A DNA stretch of 64,000 bases from an uncultured delta proteobacterium (GCA_963841435.1 CAWJCS010000005.1:128001-192000), one strand, 5' to 3'. Positions 25,762-35,964 are shown, numbered from the stretch's first letter. Translations and numbers: made by a program. The notes: generated from the letters alone by a model not told the origin.

Positions 25762-25825
25762 GGGTGCATTGATTTACCCGGGTCGGGCGCGCGCGCCAAC
25801 CGGACGCACGCCGGGTCCCGCTGCG

Positions 25826-26350
25826 TCACGCGGCCTCGACCCCCTGACGCGCGGGCCCCGCCGCCGCTGGCAGACCGTGAGGCGCAGCCGGCGCGAGCCG
25901 CCGCGCCGCGCTCGCGCGTGCGCCGCGGGCCGGAACCGGCTCGAAAATCTTGCCGAGCCCGAAGCGCGGCATGTTGACGTAGATCGACTCGAAGCCCCCG
26001 GCCGGCACGACGAACGTCTCGTGCCAGATGCCGACCGAGCCATCGGTGCCGATGCGCCGCTGGAAGGCCGACCAGGCAGGATAGTGCGCGTGGTCGCGGG
26101 AGTGCGCGTACGAGAGCAGCTTTTCGGTCGATTCCCAGTATTGAATCGACATGCCGAAGAGCAGCATGCCGCCGAGGTAACCCGACGCCGGGTTTGCCTT
26201 GAGCTCCCGCACCATGCGCGGCATGGCCATGGCGACGGGCAGCCAGCGGTGGACCGAAAGGGGACGGTTGATACGCATACCGATCAGGAAGACCACGATG
26301 GGCTTGTCGTTGAGGACGGTGACGCGATCGGCGACGACGGTGGATGACAT
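25826..26350 (-). CDS. DUF4188 family protein
   Basis: VVFLIGMRINR, QYWES, H..AW..F, VGIWHETF, ESIYVNMPRFGL. Confidence 0.85.
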   Translation of the reverse strand: MSSTVVADRVTVLNDKPIVVFLIGMRINRPLSVHRWLPVAMAMPRMVRELKANPASGYLGGMLLFGMSIQYWESTEKLLSYAHSRDHAHYPAWSAFQRRIGTDGSVGIWHETFVVPAGGFESIYVNMPRFGLGKIFEPVPARGARASAARRLAPAAPHGLPAAAGPARQGVEAA

Positions 26351-26368
26351 GGGCTCGGTTCCTCTCTT

Positions 26369-26383
26369 GTTAACAGTGTTCAC
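26369..26383. promoter_or_regulatory. Putative TetR operator 1
   Basis: Near-palindrome GTTAACAGTGTTCAC just upstream of the DUF4188 RBS. Confidence 0.7.
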
Positions 26384-26435
26384 TTAGCGGGCAAAAAAAG
26401 GGGGGCGGGGCGCCACCGCACGACGACCTCGAACC

Positions 26436-27041
26436 TCAACTCCGGAGCGCCGCCTCTCGCGAGCGCAGGGCGAGCTCGACGCGATCGAGCACGAGCGCGA
26501 CCATGGCGTCGAGGCCCGCTCGATCGAGGCGACCCTCGAGCTGACCATTTAGCCACAGGATCGCGAGCCCGTGCACTTGCGACCAGACGTAGAGCGACAG
26601 CGCTACCGGGTCGCCCGGCGCGAACACCTCCGCGTCGAGGCACTCACGCACACGATCGACGAGAAAACGGAAGGTACCCTGCGCTCGCTCCTCGATTTCA
26701 GCTGAAATCTGCACGTAGCCGAGCGTTTTGCAATCGGTAGAGAACATCAGCTGGTAGTCCCGGGGGTGCTCGAGCGCGAACGCGAAGTACGCCTCGCCAG
26801 CACGCCGAAACCGCTCGAGCGGCGTGCGCCCCGATAGGGCCCGGACCAGATAGCCGGCGAAGGTCGAGAAGCTCTCGTCGATGAGCGTCGCGAGCAGCGC
26901 GTCCTTGTCGGCAAAGTGACGGTAGATGGCGGGCGCCGAGACGCCGACGCGCTCGGCGAGCACGCGCATCGAGAAACCCTCGAGGCCTTGCCGCACGAAG
27001 AGCTCGCGGGCCTCGCTGAGGATCCGTTCGCGCGTCGTCAT
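26436..27041 (-). CDS. TetR family regulator (WHG-type C-terminus)
   Basis: RERILSEARELF, FSMRVLAERVGVSAPAIYRHF, WSQVHG. Confidence 0.92.
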   Translation of the reverse strand: MTTRERILSEARELFVRQGLEGFSMRVLAERVGVSAPAIYRHFADKDALLATLIDESFSTFAGYLVRALSGRTPLERFRRAGEAYFAFALEHPRDYQLMFSTDCKTLGYVQISAEIEERAQGTFRFLVDRVRECLDAEVFAPGDPVALSLYVWSQVHGLAILWLNGQLEGRLDRAGLDAMVALVLDRVELALRSREAALRS

Positions 27042-27077
27042 GTAAACAGTGTTAACTTCGCCCCTGCCCGGCGTCAA
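27042..27077 (-). promoter_or_regulatory. Putative TetR operator 2 overlapping a leaderless sigma70-like promoter
   Basis: GTAAACAGTGTTAAC (27042-27056) abuts the ATG; TTGACG-N17-TAACAC on the minus strand. Confidence 0.65.
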
Positions 27078-27217
27078 GGCGGTTTTTGCACTTGGGCGCG
27101 CCCGGCCCTCGGGCCGCCACGGGGCCGCCCGCTGCGGCAGGTGGCAGGTGGCGGCCGGGCACTCAGCCCGAAACGAGCGTCCGGCCTGCGATGCCCAGCA
27201 TCGAGAGCACCTGGGTT

Positions 27218-27715
27218 TACTACCGGCTCAACGTGTTCCCGATCGCGATCCCACCGCTGCGCGAGCGCGACCACGACGTCGACGAGCTCGCGCAAGCGTT
27301 CCTCGCCAAAGCGGCGCGGCGTGGGGGGCGCGAGATCGACCCGCTCACGGAGCCCGTGCTCGCGCGGCTCAGGGCGTACCCGTGGCCCGGCAACGTCCGC
27401 GAGCTCGAGAATGTCATCGAGCGCGGTGTGATCATGTCGCGCGAGGGCCGCTTCAACGTCGGCCGCGCGCTCGGCGACGCGACAGGGCTCGTACCGGCCC
27501 CGCCCGTGGCAGCGACCGCACCGGTCGCGCCCGGCGGCGACCTTCTCACGGCCGAGGCGCTGCACGCGTTCGAGCGTCGGAACCTCGAGCAAGCTCTCGA
27601 GAGGACGGGCTGGAAGGTGTCGGGGCCCGGGGGTGCCGCGGAGATTTTGGGCATACATCCCTCGACGCTGAGCTCACGGCTGCGCGCGCTCGGCATGCGA
27701 CGCCCGGCGCGCTGA
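27218..27715 (+). pseudogene. C-terminal remnant of a sigma54-dependent activator (FhlA/NtrC type)
   Basis: Homology starts abruptly at [31 protein letters not shown] and HTH ([17 protein letters not shown]) present; Walker A and GAFTGA missing. Confidence 0.75.
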
Positions 27716-27806
27716 GCCCGAGTGCTCGCCCCGCACCCCCTGCTCTTGCCCCCGACCGGCCCGAGGAGGTTGCTGGCGCGCGCTTTCCACATTACTCCGA
27801 GCCCCC

Positions 27807-30188
27807 GTGTCACGCGCTCTCGCCGGCCGCTTCACGGCCTGGGCTCGCTCGCGGGGTCAGGCGTTCGGGCTCGTGGCCTCGGCCGCGGCGTTCGTCGCGT
27901 TCGCGAAGCCGGCCCCCGAGGAGCCCTCGCTCCCAGCCCTCGAGCGGCTCGTCGGCAGCGCCGCGGGCGTCGAGGTCATCGACGGCGCGCTCGCCTGGGA
28001 GCCTGGCGGCGGTGCGCTCGACGAGCTGTTCTTCGGCCGCCCGCTGCTGTTTCTCGGAGCGCAGAGCGGAGGACGGCGCGATCTGTACCGGGCCTTCGTG
28101 CGACTCACGCCGCACGGCGCACCCCTCGCCGTCCGCCGCATCAGAGACCTGACGAACACCCCCGACGCCGACGAGACGGGGCTCGTCGTCCGCGGCGACC
28201 GCGCAGCGTTCGCGACGCTGTCGGCGGGGCGCGTCGTTGCCGTCACGACGCTCGAGGGCCTCGGCGGTCGCCCCGCGCCCACACGACCCCGCGGGTTCTT
28301 CGCGCGGCTCGCCGCCAGGGTGCGTCAGGGCAGCTTCACGCCGCTCGCTCGTACGGATTTCGTGCTGCTTGCGCCGAGCGATCGGGTCGTGTTCTCGCTC
28401 GTCGACGAGCGGCTCGAGCTCGACCTCGGCGCGCAGGGTGGCGCCCGGGCGATCGACTTCGTTCGGCGCCGTTTCGACGGCCCGGGCAAGCCGCCGCTCG
28501 AGCCGCTCGCGCGGGGCCTCGTGCCCGCAAGCGCGCTGCTCGCGACGGTCGACGCCGCGCGCGAGGCGTTCGGCTCGGGCGTGGTCGGGCTCGCGGGACG
28601 CGCCCTCGCCGGGGTCGCGGCCTTTCGCCGGCGCCTGCCGCTCGTGGGGGCCGGCATGGCGCGAGCCGAGGCCCCGCGCTCGCTCCGAGGGCCGATGAAT
28701 CCACCCCCGGCCATGGGCGGCGCGGCGGCCGAAGGGCTCTTCACGCGACGCGTGGTGCTTCCGGAACCGGTCGCGCGCGGCAGCCGGCTCGTGCTCGTGA
28801 CGATCGACATGCGCGCGCTCGAGCTCGGTGTGGTCGCAGGTGCTTCGCTGCCGCGCGCCACGGCAAGCGTGCCCGGCGACGGGCGGCTGCCGCGAGACCC
28901 GGCGCTTTTGTCGCGCGTGGTCGCCTGCTTCAACGGCGGCGACGAGGAGCCCGCCTCACGCGTCGGGGCGATGGCGCGCTCGCGCCTGCTCGCGCCGCCC
29001 GTGGCGTCGCTGCCCAGCGTGAGCCTCACGCTGGGGCACGAGGTGCTGTTCGGCACCTGGCCGTTCGGTGCGGCCGTGCCGCCGAACCTCGTGGGCTTCG
29101 AACAGCGCACGCGGGCGCTCGTCGGTGACCGCGCCGGCTCCGGTGCGCCGAAGGCGGGGGACGAATCGCGGCGGCGGCGCTCGGCGCTCTGCGCGCTCGG
29201 AGGCGGGCACCTCGCGTATGCCTACGCCGAGGGCATGACGCGCGCCGGGCTCGAGCAAAGCCTCGAAAGAAGCGGTTGCGTGTACGCGTTGCCGCTCGCC
29301 GCCGATCCCGAGCGCCTCGGCTTTGCGCTCGCCCACGTGCCGTCGCCCGGCGCGGGTCGGTTCGAGCTCGCGGACCCCGCCATGGACTTCGACGCGGACG
29401 CGACGCTCGCGGGGTTGACGCGCGGCTTCTTCTACCTCTCGTGGCGGAAGCTTTCTCCGGAGCTCCCGGCGAGCGTTTCCTTTCACCCCGACGCTGGCAA
29501 GCAGCCGCCTCCCACGTGGTCCCCCGCGATCTTCACGGGGACGCTCGCGATGGGAAAGCTCGTCGTGACGCTGGTGTCGCTCGAGCGCGGGCACCTCGAC
29601 TACCGCCTGCGCGCGGGACCGCGCGAGCTCGGCGCGCGCGGTGAGCCATGGGCCGGTGCGCTCGACGACGCCGCCGTCGCACGGGCGCTCGCGGCCATCG
29701 AGCTCGGGCACGCCACGGCCGCGAATCGCTTCGGGCTCGTTCTCGGCGCCAGCGTGCCACTGCCCGTGCGAAGCGAATACGCGACGCTCGTCGTGGGCGA
29801 GGAAGTGCCGCCGCGCATCCTCTTGCCGGGCGAGTCGGTGACGCTCGCGCACGGCGAGCAGGCCGTGCAGCTACCGCTGCTTGCCGACGATCACGACATC
29901 ACGGTGCGCGCCCGCGCGCGGGGCGGCTTTCGACCTCGCGCGGCACTCGGTATCGCCGAGGGCGGGCGCGTCGTCGTCGCGATCGCGAGCCACGACAGCA
30001 GCGACCCGCTGGCCGTCGCGCTGCGGGCGGCCGGCTGCCGCCGCGTGGTCGAGCTGGATCGCGGCTCGCATCACCCGGCGTTCATCCACCGCGCGGGAAC
30101 CGACACGCCCCCGCGCACCGACTACGAATCCACCACGCTCTGGGCGCTCGCCCGTCCCACGTTGCCCGCCGTGGTCGTCGCGCCGTGA
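27807..30188 (+). CDS. Large hypothetical protein with two degenerate phosphodiester-glycosidase (NAGPA)-like modules
   Basis: 793-aa ORF with N-terminal hydrophobic segment; RSALC..GCVYAL and RAALG..GCRRVVELDRGS. Confidence 0.6.
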   Translation: MSRALAGRFTAWARSRGQAFGLVASAAAFVAFAKPAPEEPSLPALERLVGSAAGVEVIDGALAWEPGGGALDELFFGRPLLFLGAQSGGRRDLYRAFVRLTPHGAPLAVRRIRDLTNTPDADETGLVVRGDRAAFATLSAGRVVAVTTLEGLGGRPAPTRPRGFFARLAARVRQGSFTPLARTDFVLLAPSDRVVFSLVDERLELDLGAQGGARAIDFVRRRFDGPGKPPLEPLARGLVPASALLATVDAAREAFGSGVVGLAGRALAGVAAFRRRLPLVGAGMARAEAPRSLRGPMNPPPAMGGAAAEGLFTRRVVLPEPVARGSRLVLVTIDMRALELGVVAGASLPRATASVPGDGRLPRDPALLSRVVACFNGGDEEPASRVGAMARSRLLAPPVASLPSVSLTLGHEVLFGTWPFGAAVPPNLVGFEQRTRALVGDRAGSGAPKAGDESRRRRSALCALGGGHLAYAYAEGMTRAGLEQSLERSGCVYALPLAADPERLGFALAHVPSPGAGRFELADPAMDFDADATLAGLTRGFFYLSWRKLSPELPASVSFHPDAGKQPPPTWSPAIFTGTLAMGKLVVTLVSLERGHLDYRLRAGPRELGARGEPWAGALDDAAVARALAAIELGHATAANRFGLVLGASVPLPVRSEYATLVVGEEVPPRILLPGESVTLAHGEQAVQLPLLADDHDITVRARARGGFRPRAALGIAEGGRVVVAIASHDSSDPLAVALRAAGCRRVVELDRGSHHPAFIHRAGTDTPPRTDYESTTLWALARPTLPAVVVAP

Positions 30189-30227
30189 GCTCGACGCGCA
30201 GCGCGCCGGCGGAGGCAGAGCGCTCCG

Positions 30228-30554
30228 TTACTTGCGAATGCGCTTCCGCTTGACGATTTGTTCGTCGTTGACACGCATGATCTCGCGCGTGTCGCGATCG
30301 CGGTAGCGCACCTGGAGCACCAGCCGCTTTTCGGCCTCGTAGAAGTAGTGTCGGACCTCGCGCACGAGGCCCTCCTTGGCGGCGGCCTCGGCGGCGGGCG
30401 AGGCGTCGTCGGCCGTCCACGTGCCGGTGCCGGGAGGCAGGGGCTCGAGCACGCCGAGCCTCTCTTCGGCCGCGCCGGGCACGAGATTGAGCATGAAGAG
30501 CACGTAGACGCCGATGCTAAGCACGCCCACGATCAGCAAGAAGACGTAGAACAC
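30228..30554 (-). CDS. Small membrane-anchored hypothetical protein
   Basis: N-terminal TM helix, typical codon usage. Confidence 0.7.
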   Translation of the reverse strand: MFYVFLLIVGVLSIGVYVLFMLNLVPGAAEERLGVLEPLPPGTGTWTADDASPAAEAAAKEGLVREVRHYFYEAEKRLVLQVRYRDRDTREIMRVNDEQIVKRKRIRK

Positions 30555-30576
30555 GCGCGCTGCCCGCCCCGAGACG

Positions 30577-31785
30577 TTAGACGAAATCCGAGGGGCGCGC
30601 CTCGGCCTCGGCGATCACCTGGGGAATGCGCTCGGCCTCGACCCCGGACCAGAGCACGGTCCACGCCGGCGTGCGCGCCATGCCGTCGCAGACGCCGAGG
30701 TACCAGCCGAGGATGGGATTGTCGTGGCGGGTACGCCAGAAGAAGCGCGCGTGGTCGCGCACGAGCGCCTGCCAGAGGTCGTAGCCCATGCCTTCGCCCT
30801 GGGCCTGCGGCAGCACGGCGAACTTCGTGAGGTACGGCACCGTGGCGCCGGGGTGCAGGATGGCGGCCCCGCGGTACTGCTCGTCGACGTACACGGCATG
30901 CGGCGGACGCTCGAAGAAATCCGGCGCGAGCGTGCGACCGAAGCTCTTCTCGACCAGCGTGCGCAGACGCGGCAGGTCGAGCGACGCGTAGTCGTCGTGG
31001 CGCCCGATGGGCGTGCCCGGCTTCACGAGGGTGCCGGCGCCCTTCACCGTGAAGAGCTCCTTCATGAGGTTGAGCGGCGACGCGACGCTCACCAGCAAGG
31101 GGTTCGGCGCCACGAGCTCGATGAGCCGCGCCGCGACGTCGAGCAACTCGCCCTCACGCTTGGACAAGCGCTTGGACGCGACGAGCCCGGCGCGGTCGGT
31201 GCGCAGGTTGACCACCGAGAGCCAGCCGCCCGGGCTGAGCGGCGGCCTCGGACCGGCATCGGCGGTGCGCTCCGGGCGGAGTGCAATGCCGCCGCGGCGC
31301 CTGAGCAACACCACCTTGCGAGTGTCGAGCACACGCGCGATGGCGCCGAGCCGCTCGACGCGCGCATCGCGCGTGTCGCCCTCCTTCACCGGGAAATAGA
31401 CGACGGGGACGCGTTCGGCACGGAGCTCGTTGATGAGCTCCTCGACGAGCGTCGGCTCGTCGGTGGAATGGATGTACGGCACGAGACCGGCGCCGGAGAG
31501 CCGGCGCGCGAGCCGCTCGGCGCCGGCCGCCGACGACGCGGGATCGAACAGGCCGAGCACGAAGGTCGTGAAGAGGTCGAGATCGGCGAGGAAGCGGATC
31601 TCTTCGACGAGCGCGCCGAGGCCGTCGCGCAAGACCTGCGGCCCGGGCGCGATCATCGCGAAGCTTTCCTTGGGAAGCTCGCGGAAGATCCGAAGATAGA
31701 GCTCCGCCTCCGCGCGGCGCCCCAAGCTCTCCAGGAAGGTGAGGACGACGTCGGCGGGCGTCGCCGGCTGCACCGGCGCCGTCAC
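30577..31785 (-). CDS. NAGS/NAGK-like protein with C-terminal DUF619/NAT domain
   Basis: LFTVKGAGTL, KSFGRTL, YLTKFAV..AQGEGMG, FWRTR..NPI..WY. Confidence 0.72.
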   Translation of the reverse strand: MTAPVQPATPADVVLTFLESLGRRAEAELYLRIFRELPKESFAMIAPGPQVLRDGLGALVEEIRFLADLDLFTTFVLGLFDPASSAAGAERLARRLSGAGLVPYIHSTDEPTLVEELINELRAERVPVVYFPVKEGDTRDARVERLGAIARVLDTRKVVLLRRRGGIALRPERTADAGPRPPLSPGGWLSVVNLRTDRAGLVASKRLSKREGELLDVAARLIELVAPNPLLVSVASPLNLMKELFTVKGAGTLVKPGTPIGRHDDYASLDLPRLRTLVEKSFGRTLAPDFFERPPHAVYVDEQYRGAAILHPGATVPYLTKFAVLPQAQGEGMGYDLWQALVRDHARFFWRTRHDNPILGWYLGVCDGMARTPAWTVLWSGVEAERIPQVIAEAEARPSDFV

Positions 31786-33077
31786 TGCACGAGACTCTGC
31801 ACGAAGTCCACGAGGGCCTGATTGCCGGCCGTCGCAGTCACCCCCTGGGGTAGCTTCTTCGCGAACCACGTCACGTTGTAGGCCAGGCTCTGGCCCGTCG
31901 CCACCGGCTGGTAGGCCCCCTGCTCCTCGACCTCCATGTACGGATTGTCCGTGGCGACGTAGAGCTGGATCTCGGCCTCGCCCGTCGCCGCCTGGCTCTG
32001 CTGGATGTCGGTGAATTTCTTCACGACCACCCAATCGCTCGCCGCGTGGGCGAGCCAGCCGCCCGTGCCGTCGGCGTTGAGCTTCTGGTCGGCGCTGGGC
32101 AGCGAGGCAGGCGCCGTGTGCCAGGTGCAACCGGCACCGGTCGTCGTCGGCGGCAGCTCGAAGGTTCCGGCGGCAACGGGCGCCGTGCCCGTCGGCCAGA
32201 AGGTGACGCCTTGCTGCGCGAAGCGCGTGATTTCCCAGGGCGCGAAGGAGCCCGAGGCCGTCGCGTTGATGGTGTACTCGACGTTGATCGCGATCTTCGC
32301 GAGGTCGGCGGTAAACTTCTTGGTGATGCTCGCGCCGATGGCTGCGCTGGCCGTGCCGACGAAAGTGACCGAGGGCGCAGCAACCGTCGCCGTGTACGCC
32401 GCGGTGTCGACCTCGGCGGGCGGCGGCCAGTTCCACACGCTCTGCGGGCTCGTCCAGAAGGTGGAGCCGAAGTTCGTCGCGTTGACGGTCGCATCGGTGA
32501 GGAGGTTCGCGCCACCGGCGAGGTGCACGTTGACGACGCGGGCCCCGGCCGGGCTCACCTCGAACCAGAGATCACCGAACTCGAGCACGTAGTTCCCGTT
32601 TCGCTCGATCGGGTCCGTGAGCATGGCCCCGCCCGCGCTGCCCGCGGAGCCCGCCATGCCCGCGTCGCCTGCCGCGCCGCCCGCGCCAGTGCCCGCGCCG
32701 CCCGCACCGTCGCCTGCGCTGCCCGCGTCGCCGCCGAGCCCACCGGCCGCGGGCGTGCCTGCCGAGCCGCCCGCACCCGCTCCACCAGTCGTCGAGCCGC
32801 CGGCGCCACCCTGCCCCTCGCCTGCGAAGCTGCCCCCCGTTCCGCCGAGCGCTCCCCCAACACCGCCCGAGGCGCCGCCTGTGCCTGCGAGCGCACCGCC
32901 CGTCGAGCCGGCGGCACCCCCCGTCACGCCCGCGCCGCTCGAGCCGCCACTGCCGCCGGAGCCCGGACTGCCACCCGCGCCGGCACCGTCACCGGACTTC
33001 GACGTGCAGCCGGCGGAGCCCGCCAGTGTCAAGCCGACACCCCACACGAAAAGCAAGCGCGAAGCGTTCGACAACAT
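31782..33077 (-). CDS. Gly-rich lipoprotein with DUF4380-like beta-sandwich domain
   Basis: Lipobox SAGC; GARVV, GSTFWTSPQSVWNWPPP, APWEITR, YMEVEEQGAY. Confidence 0.7.
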   Translation of the reverse strand: MLSNASRLLFVWGVGLTLAGSAGCTSKSGDGAGAGGSPGSGGSGGSSGAGVTGGAAGSTGGALAGTGGASGGVGGALGGTGGSFAGEGQGGAGGSTTGGAGAGGSAGTPAAGGLGGDAGSAGDGAGGAGTGAGGAAGDAGMAGSAGSAGGAMLTDPIERNGNYVLEFGDLWFEVSPAGARVVNVHLAGGANLLTDATVNATNFGSTFWTSPQSVWNWPPPAEVDTAAYTATVAAPSVTFVGTASAAIGASITKKFTADLAKIAINVEYTINATASGSFAPWEITRFAQQGVTFWPTGTAPVAAGTFELPPTTTGAGCTWHTAPASLPSADQKLNADGTGGWLAHAASDWVVVKKFTDIQQSQAATGEAEIQLYVATDNPYMEVEEQGAYQPVATGQSLAYNVTWFAKKLPQGVTATAGNQALVDFVQSLVQ

Positions 33078-33244
33078 GGGATCGAATTACCATCCTCGAC
33101 AGGGCCCCGCAACCAGCGGTCCACTACCGCCCGTTGGTACTTTTCGGCAAGCGTGGTGGTGCGAGTCGCCCCCGCGCGCCCGCGGCGACGCATCCCTCCC
33201 GGGGCGTGACGCCCCCGCGGTCGCGTGCCGGCGAAAGCCTCGGC

Positions 33245-35164
33245 TCAGAGCTCGATTTGCGCGCCCATCTCGACCACGCGATCGGGGGGAATGTTGAAGA
33301 ACTTGGTCGCCGGCTGCGCGTTTCGCGCAAGGAATGCGAAGAGATGCGCCCGCCAGCGCGCCATGTCGGGACGCTCGGCGGCAATCAGGTGCTCGCGCCC
33401 GAGGAAGAACGTGACGTGCTCGATGGCCGTCACCACGCCGGCGTCGAGCAAGATCTTGGGCGCGTCGGGGTGCTCCATGAACCCGTAGCGGGCCTTGAGT
33501 CGCAAAAATCCGCTGTCGAGCTGCTCGGTCTCGAAGCGCTGCGATTCGGCGACGCGCGCGACATCGCCCGTGCTGATCGTGAAGAGCACGATGTGCTGGT
33601 GCAGCACGCGATTGTGCAGGAAATTCTGCAAGAGCGCGGGCGGCGTGCCCTCGGCGCTGCTCGTCATGAACACGGCGGTGCCGGGGACGCGCGCCGGGCG
33701 CTCGACGCGGATGAGCTCGGAGAAGTCAGCGAGCGGCAGGAGCTGCTCCTGGAAGCGCTGCGCCATGACCTCGCGGCCACGTTTCCAGGTCGTCATGAGC
33801 GTGAACAGCGCCGCGCCGAGCGCGAGTGGGAACCAACCACCGTGCCGAATCTTGGCGGCGTTCGCCAGCATGAAGAAGAACTCGGGCACGAGAAAGAGCA
33901 AGGTGATGCCGAACACCTTCCAGATGGGGAAGTGCCAGCCGTAGCGCGCGAGGAAGGCCGCGAGCACGGTGGTCGTCATCATCGTCAAGGTGGCGGCGAT
34001 GCCGTACGCCGCGGCAAGGTTCGTCGAGGAGCCGAAGCCCAAAACGAGGCTTATCGTCGCGAGCGCGAGGAACCAATTGGCAACCGGCACGTAGATCTGC
34101 CCGCGCTCGTCGGCCGAGGTATGGCGAATCGAGAGGCGCGGCAGGAGGCCGAGCATGATCGCCTGACGTGACAGTGAGAACACACCCGAGATCAACGCCT
34201 GCGACGCGATCACCGTCGCGGCCGTCGAGAGCGCCACCATCGGGTAGAGCCCCCAGCTCGGCACCATGTGATAGAGCGGGCTCTCACGCGCTTCGGGCTC
34301 CCGCAAGAGGAGCGCGCCCTGCCCGAGGTAGTTCAAGACCAGCGCGGGGAACACCATGGCGAACCACGCGAGGCGGATCGGTTGGCGGCCGAAATGGCCG
34401 AGGTCCGCGTAGAGCGCCTCGCCACCCGTGACGACGAGGAACACGGCGCCGAGCACGAACACGCCCACGGTGCCGTTTCTCTGCAAAAAGGAGAGCCCCC
34501 AGAGGGGGTTGACCGCCACGAGCACGCCCGGATTCATGATCAGCTGGTGCCCGCCGAGGATCGCGAGCGTCGTGAACCACAGCGCCGTCACGGGTCCGAA
34601 CACGGCGCCGACGCTCGCCGTGCCACGCCGCTGGAAGCGAAACAGGCCCACGAGGATCACGATCGTGATGGGGATCACCCAATCCTTGAGGCCGGGTGCC
34701 GCGATCTCAAGGCCCTCGACGGCGCTGAGCACGGAGATGGCAGGCGTGATCACGCCTTCCCCGCTGAGCAGTGCGGCCCCGAAGACGCCGAGCACGATCA
34801 GAAGCGGGTAGAGGCGCGAGTCGCGGCGGCGCGCGCTCGCGAGGGCCGTCAACGCGAGGATGCCACCCTCGCCCTTGTTGTCGGCCCTGAGCACGTAGAT
34901 GAGGTACTTGATCGAAACGATGAGCGTGAGCGACCAGATGATGAGCGACAGCACGCCGAGCACGTTCCCGCGCGAGACCGGGATGGGGTGCGACTCGCCG
35001 AAGCACTCGCGCACGGCGTAGAGCGGGCTCGTTCCGATGTCCCCGTACACGACACCGAGCGCGCCGAGCGCGAGCTTGAAGCGGTGATGCGAGCGGGGGT
35101 CCGCGGCGTCGCCGTGCGTCGCCTCCGGCGGGGCGCTGTCGGTCGAAGAGGCAGAGTCCGGCAT
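33245..35164 (-). CDS. kup: Potassium uptake protein Kup
   Basis: GVVYGDIGTSPLY, ADNKGEGG, TPAISVLSAVEG, EALYADLGHFG, GQIYVP. Confidence 0.95.
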   Translation of the reverse strand: MPDSASSTDSAPPEATHGDAADPRSHHRFKLALGALGVVYGDIGTSPLYAVRECFGESHPIPVSRGNVLGVLSLIIWSLTLIVSIKYLIYVLRADNKGEGGILALTALASARRRDSRLYPLLIVLGVFGAALLSGEGVITPAISVLSAVEGLEIAAPGLKDWVIPITIVILVGLFRFQRRGTASVGAVFGPVTALWFTTLAILGGHQLIMNPGVLVAVNPLWGLSFLQRNGTVGVFVLGAVFLVVTGGEALYADLGHFGRQPIRLAWFAMVFPALVLNYLGQGALLLREPEARESPLYHMVPSWGLYPMVALSTAATVIASQALISGVFSLSRQAIMLGLLPRLSIRHTSADERGQIYVPVANWFLALATISLVLGFGSSTNLAAAYGIAATLTMMTTTVLAAFLARYGWHFPIWKVFGITLLFLVPEFFFMLANAAKIRHGGWFPLALGAALFTLMTTWKRGREVMAQRFQEQLLPLADFSELIRVERPARVPGTAVFMTSSAEGTPPALLQNFLHNRVLHQHIVLFTISTGDVARVAESQRFETEQLDSGFLRLKARYGFMEHPDAPKILLDAGVVTAIEHVTFFLGREHLIAAERPDMARWRAHLFAFLARNAQPATKFFNIPPDRVVEMGAQIEL

Positions 35165-35328
35165 CCGAAACCCGGCAAGCTAGCCCCAGCGCTCCCCGGG
35201 CGACCAGACCCGTGCCCAGTCCGGGCCGGGGGCCTGGGCGGGGGCGAGCTCCCCGTTCCCCGCGCGCCGACGCCCGGAACTCGCCCCCGCGCGGCAAATG
35301 GGGTTAAGCAGGCAGCGGAGCCCCGACC

Positions 35329-35964
35329 ATGCAGCCGAACCGCCAACGCACCCTCGTGACCTGCCTCGTATTCGGGGCGACCGTTCTAGCCGCCGCGGCG
35401 GCGTTCAGCGAGTCGGTCGAGGCCCTGCTCAGGCGCTACCCCTACGACCCGGCGTGCGTCTGGGGCCGGCTCGCCAACGGCAAGGGAACTGTCGTGCGCT
35501 GCCTCACCGAGAAGGAAGCCGCGAGTCTCCAGGCAGCAGCGCCCCCTGCGGCCCCCGTGCTGCCTGCCGCCGACACCACGCCGAGCGCCACGAGCGAAGC
35601 GCCGGCTGCCCCGCCGCCCGACGCCGCGACAACCGGCGGACGGCTCGAGGTGAGCGTCGGGCCCGTCATCGCGGACAAGGGCGAGCTCGGCCTGGGCAAG
35701 CTCGGCGCCCCGAAGGATCGCTACGCAAAGTGCATCGAGGACAACGGGGGCATGAAAGGCGACAGCGCCGAGGTCCACGTGCGCTTTCTCGTGAGGAGCA
35801 AGGGCATCGCCGAGGGCGTCAGCGTGCAGAAGCGCCTCAACGTCGGACCCGAGGCCGCACGCTGCATCGCCGAGGTCGTCAATCGACGCCACGTGGGCGT
35901 GCCCGACGAGCCGATGGTCGGCGCCACCTTGATCGTCAGAATCGCTCGTGTGAGCGAGCGGTGA
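35329..35964 (+). CDS. Secreted hypothetical protein
   Basis: Signal peptide, Ala/Pro linker, paired Cys residues; stop overlaps the next start. Confidence 0.7.
   Translation: MQPNRQRTLVTCLVFGATVLAAAAAFSESVEALLRRYPYDPACVWGRLANGKGTVVRCLTEKEAASLQAAAPPAAPVLPAADTTPSATSEAPAAPPPDAATTGGRLEVSVGPVIADKGELGLGKLGAPKDRYAKCIEDNGGMKGDSAEVHVRFLVRSKGIAEGVSVQKRLNVGPEAARCIAEVVNRRHVGVPDEPMVGATLIVRIARVSER

Noticed and set aside
30577-32436. 619-aa ORF
   Set aside because: The first ~215 aa are a shadow of the upstream lipoprotein gene; likely start is GTG 31785
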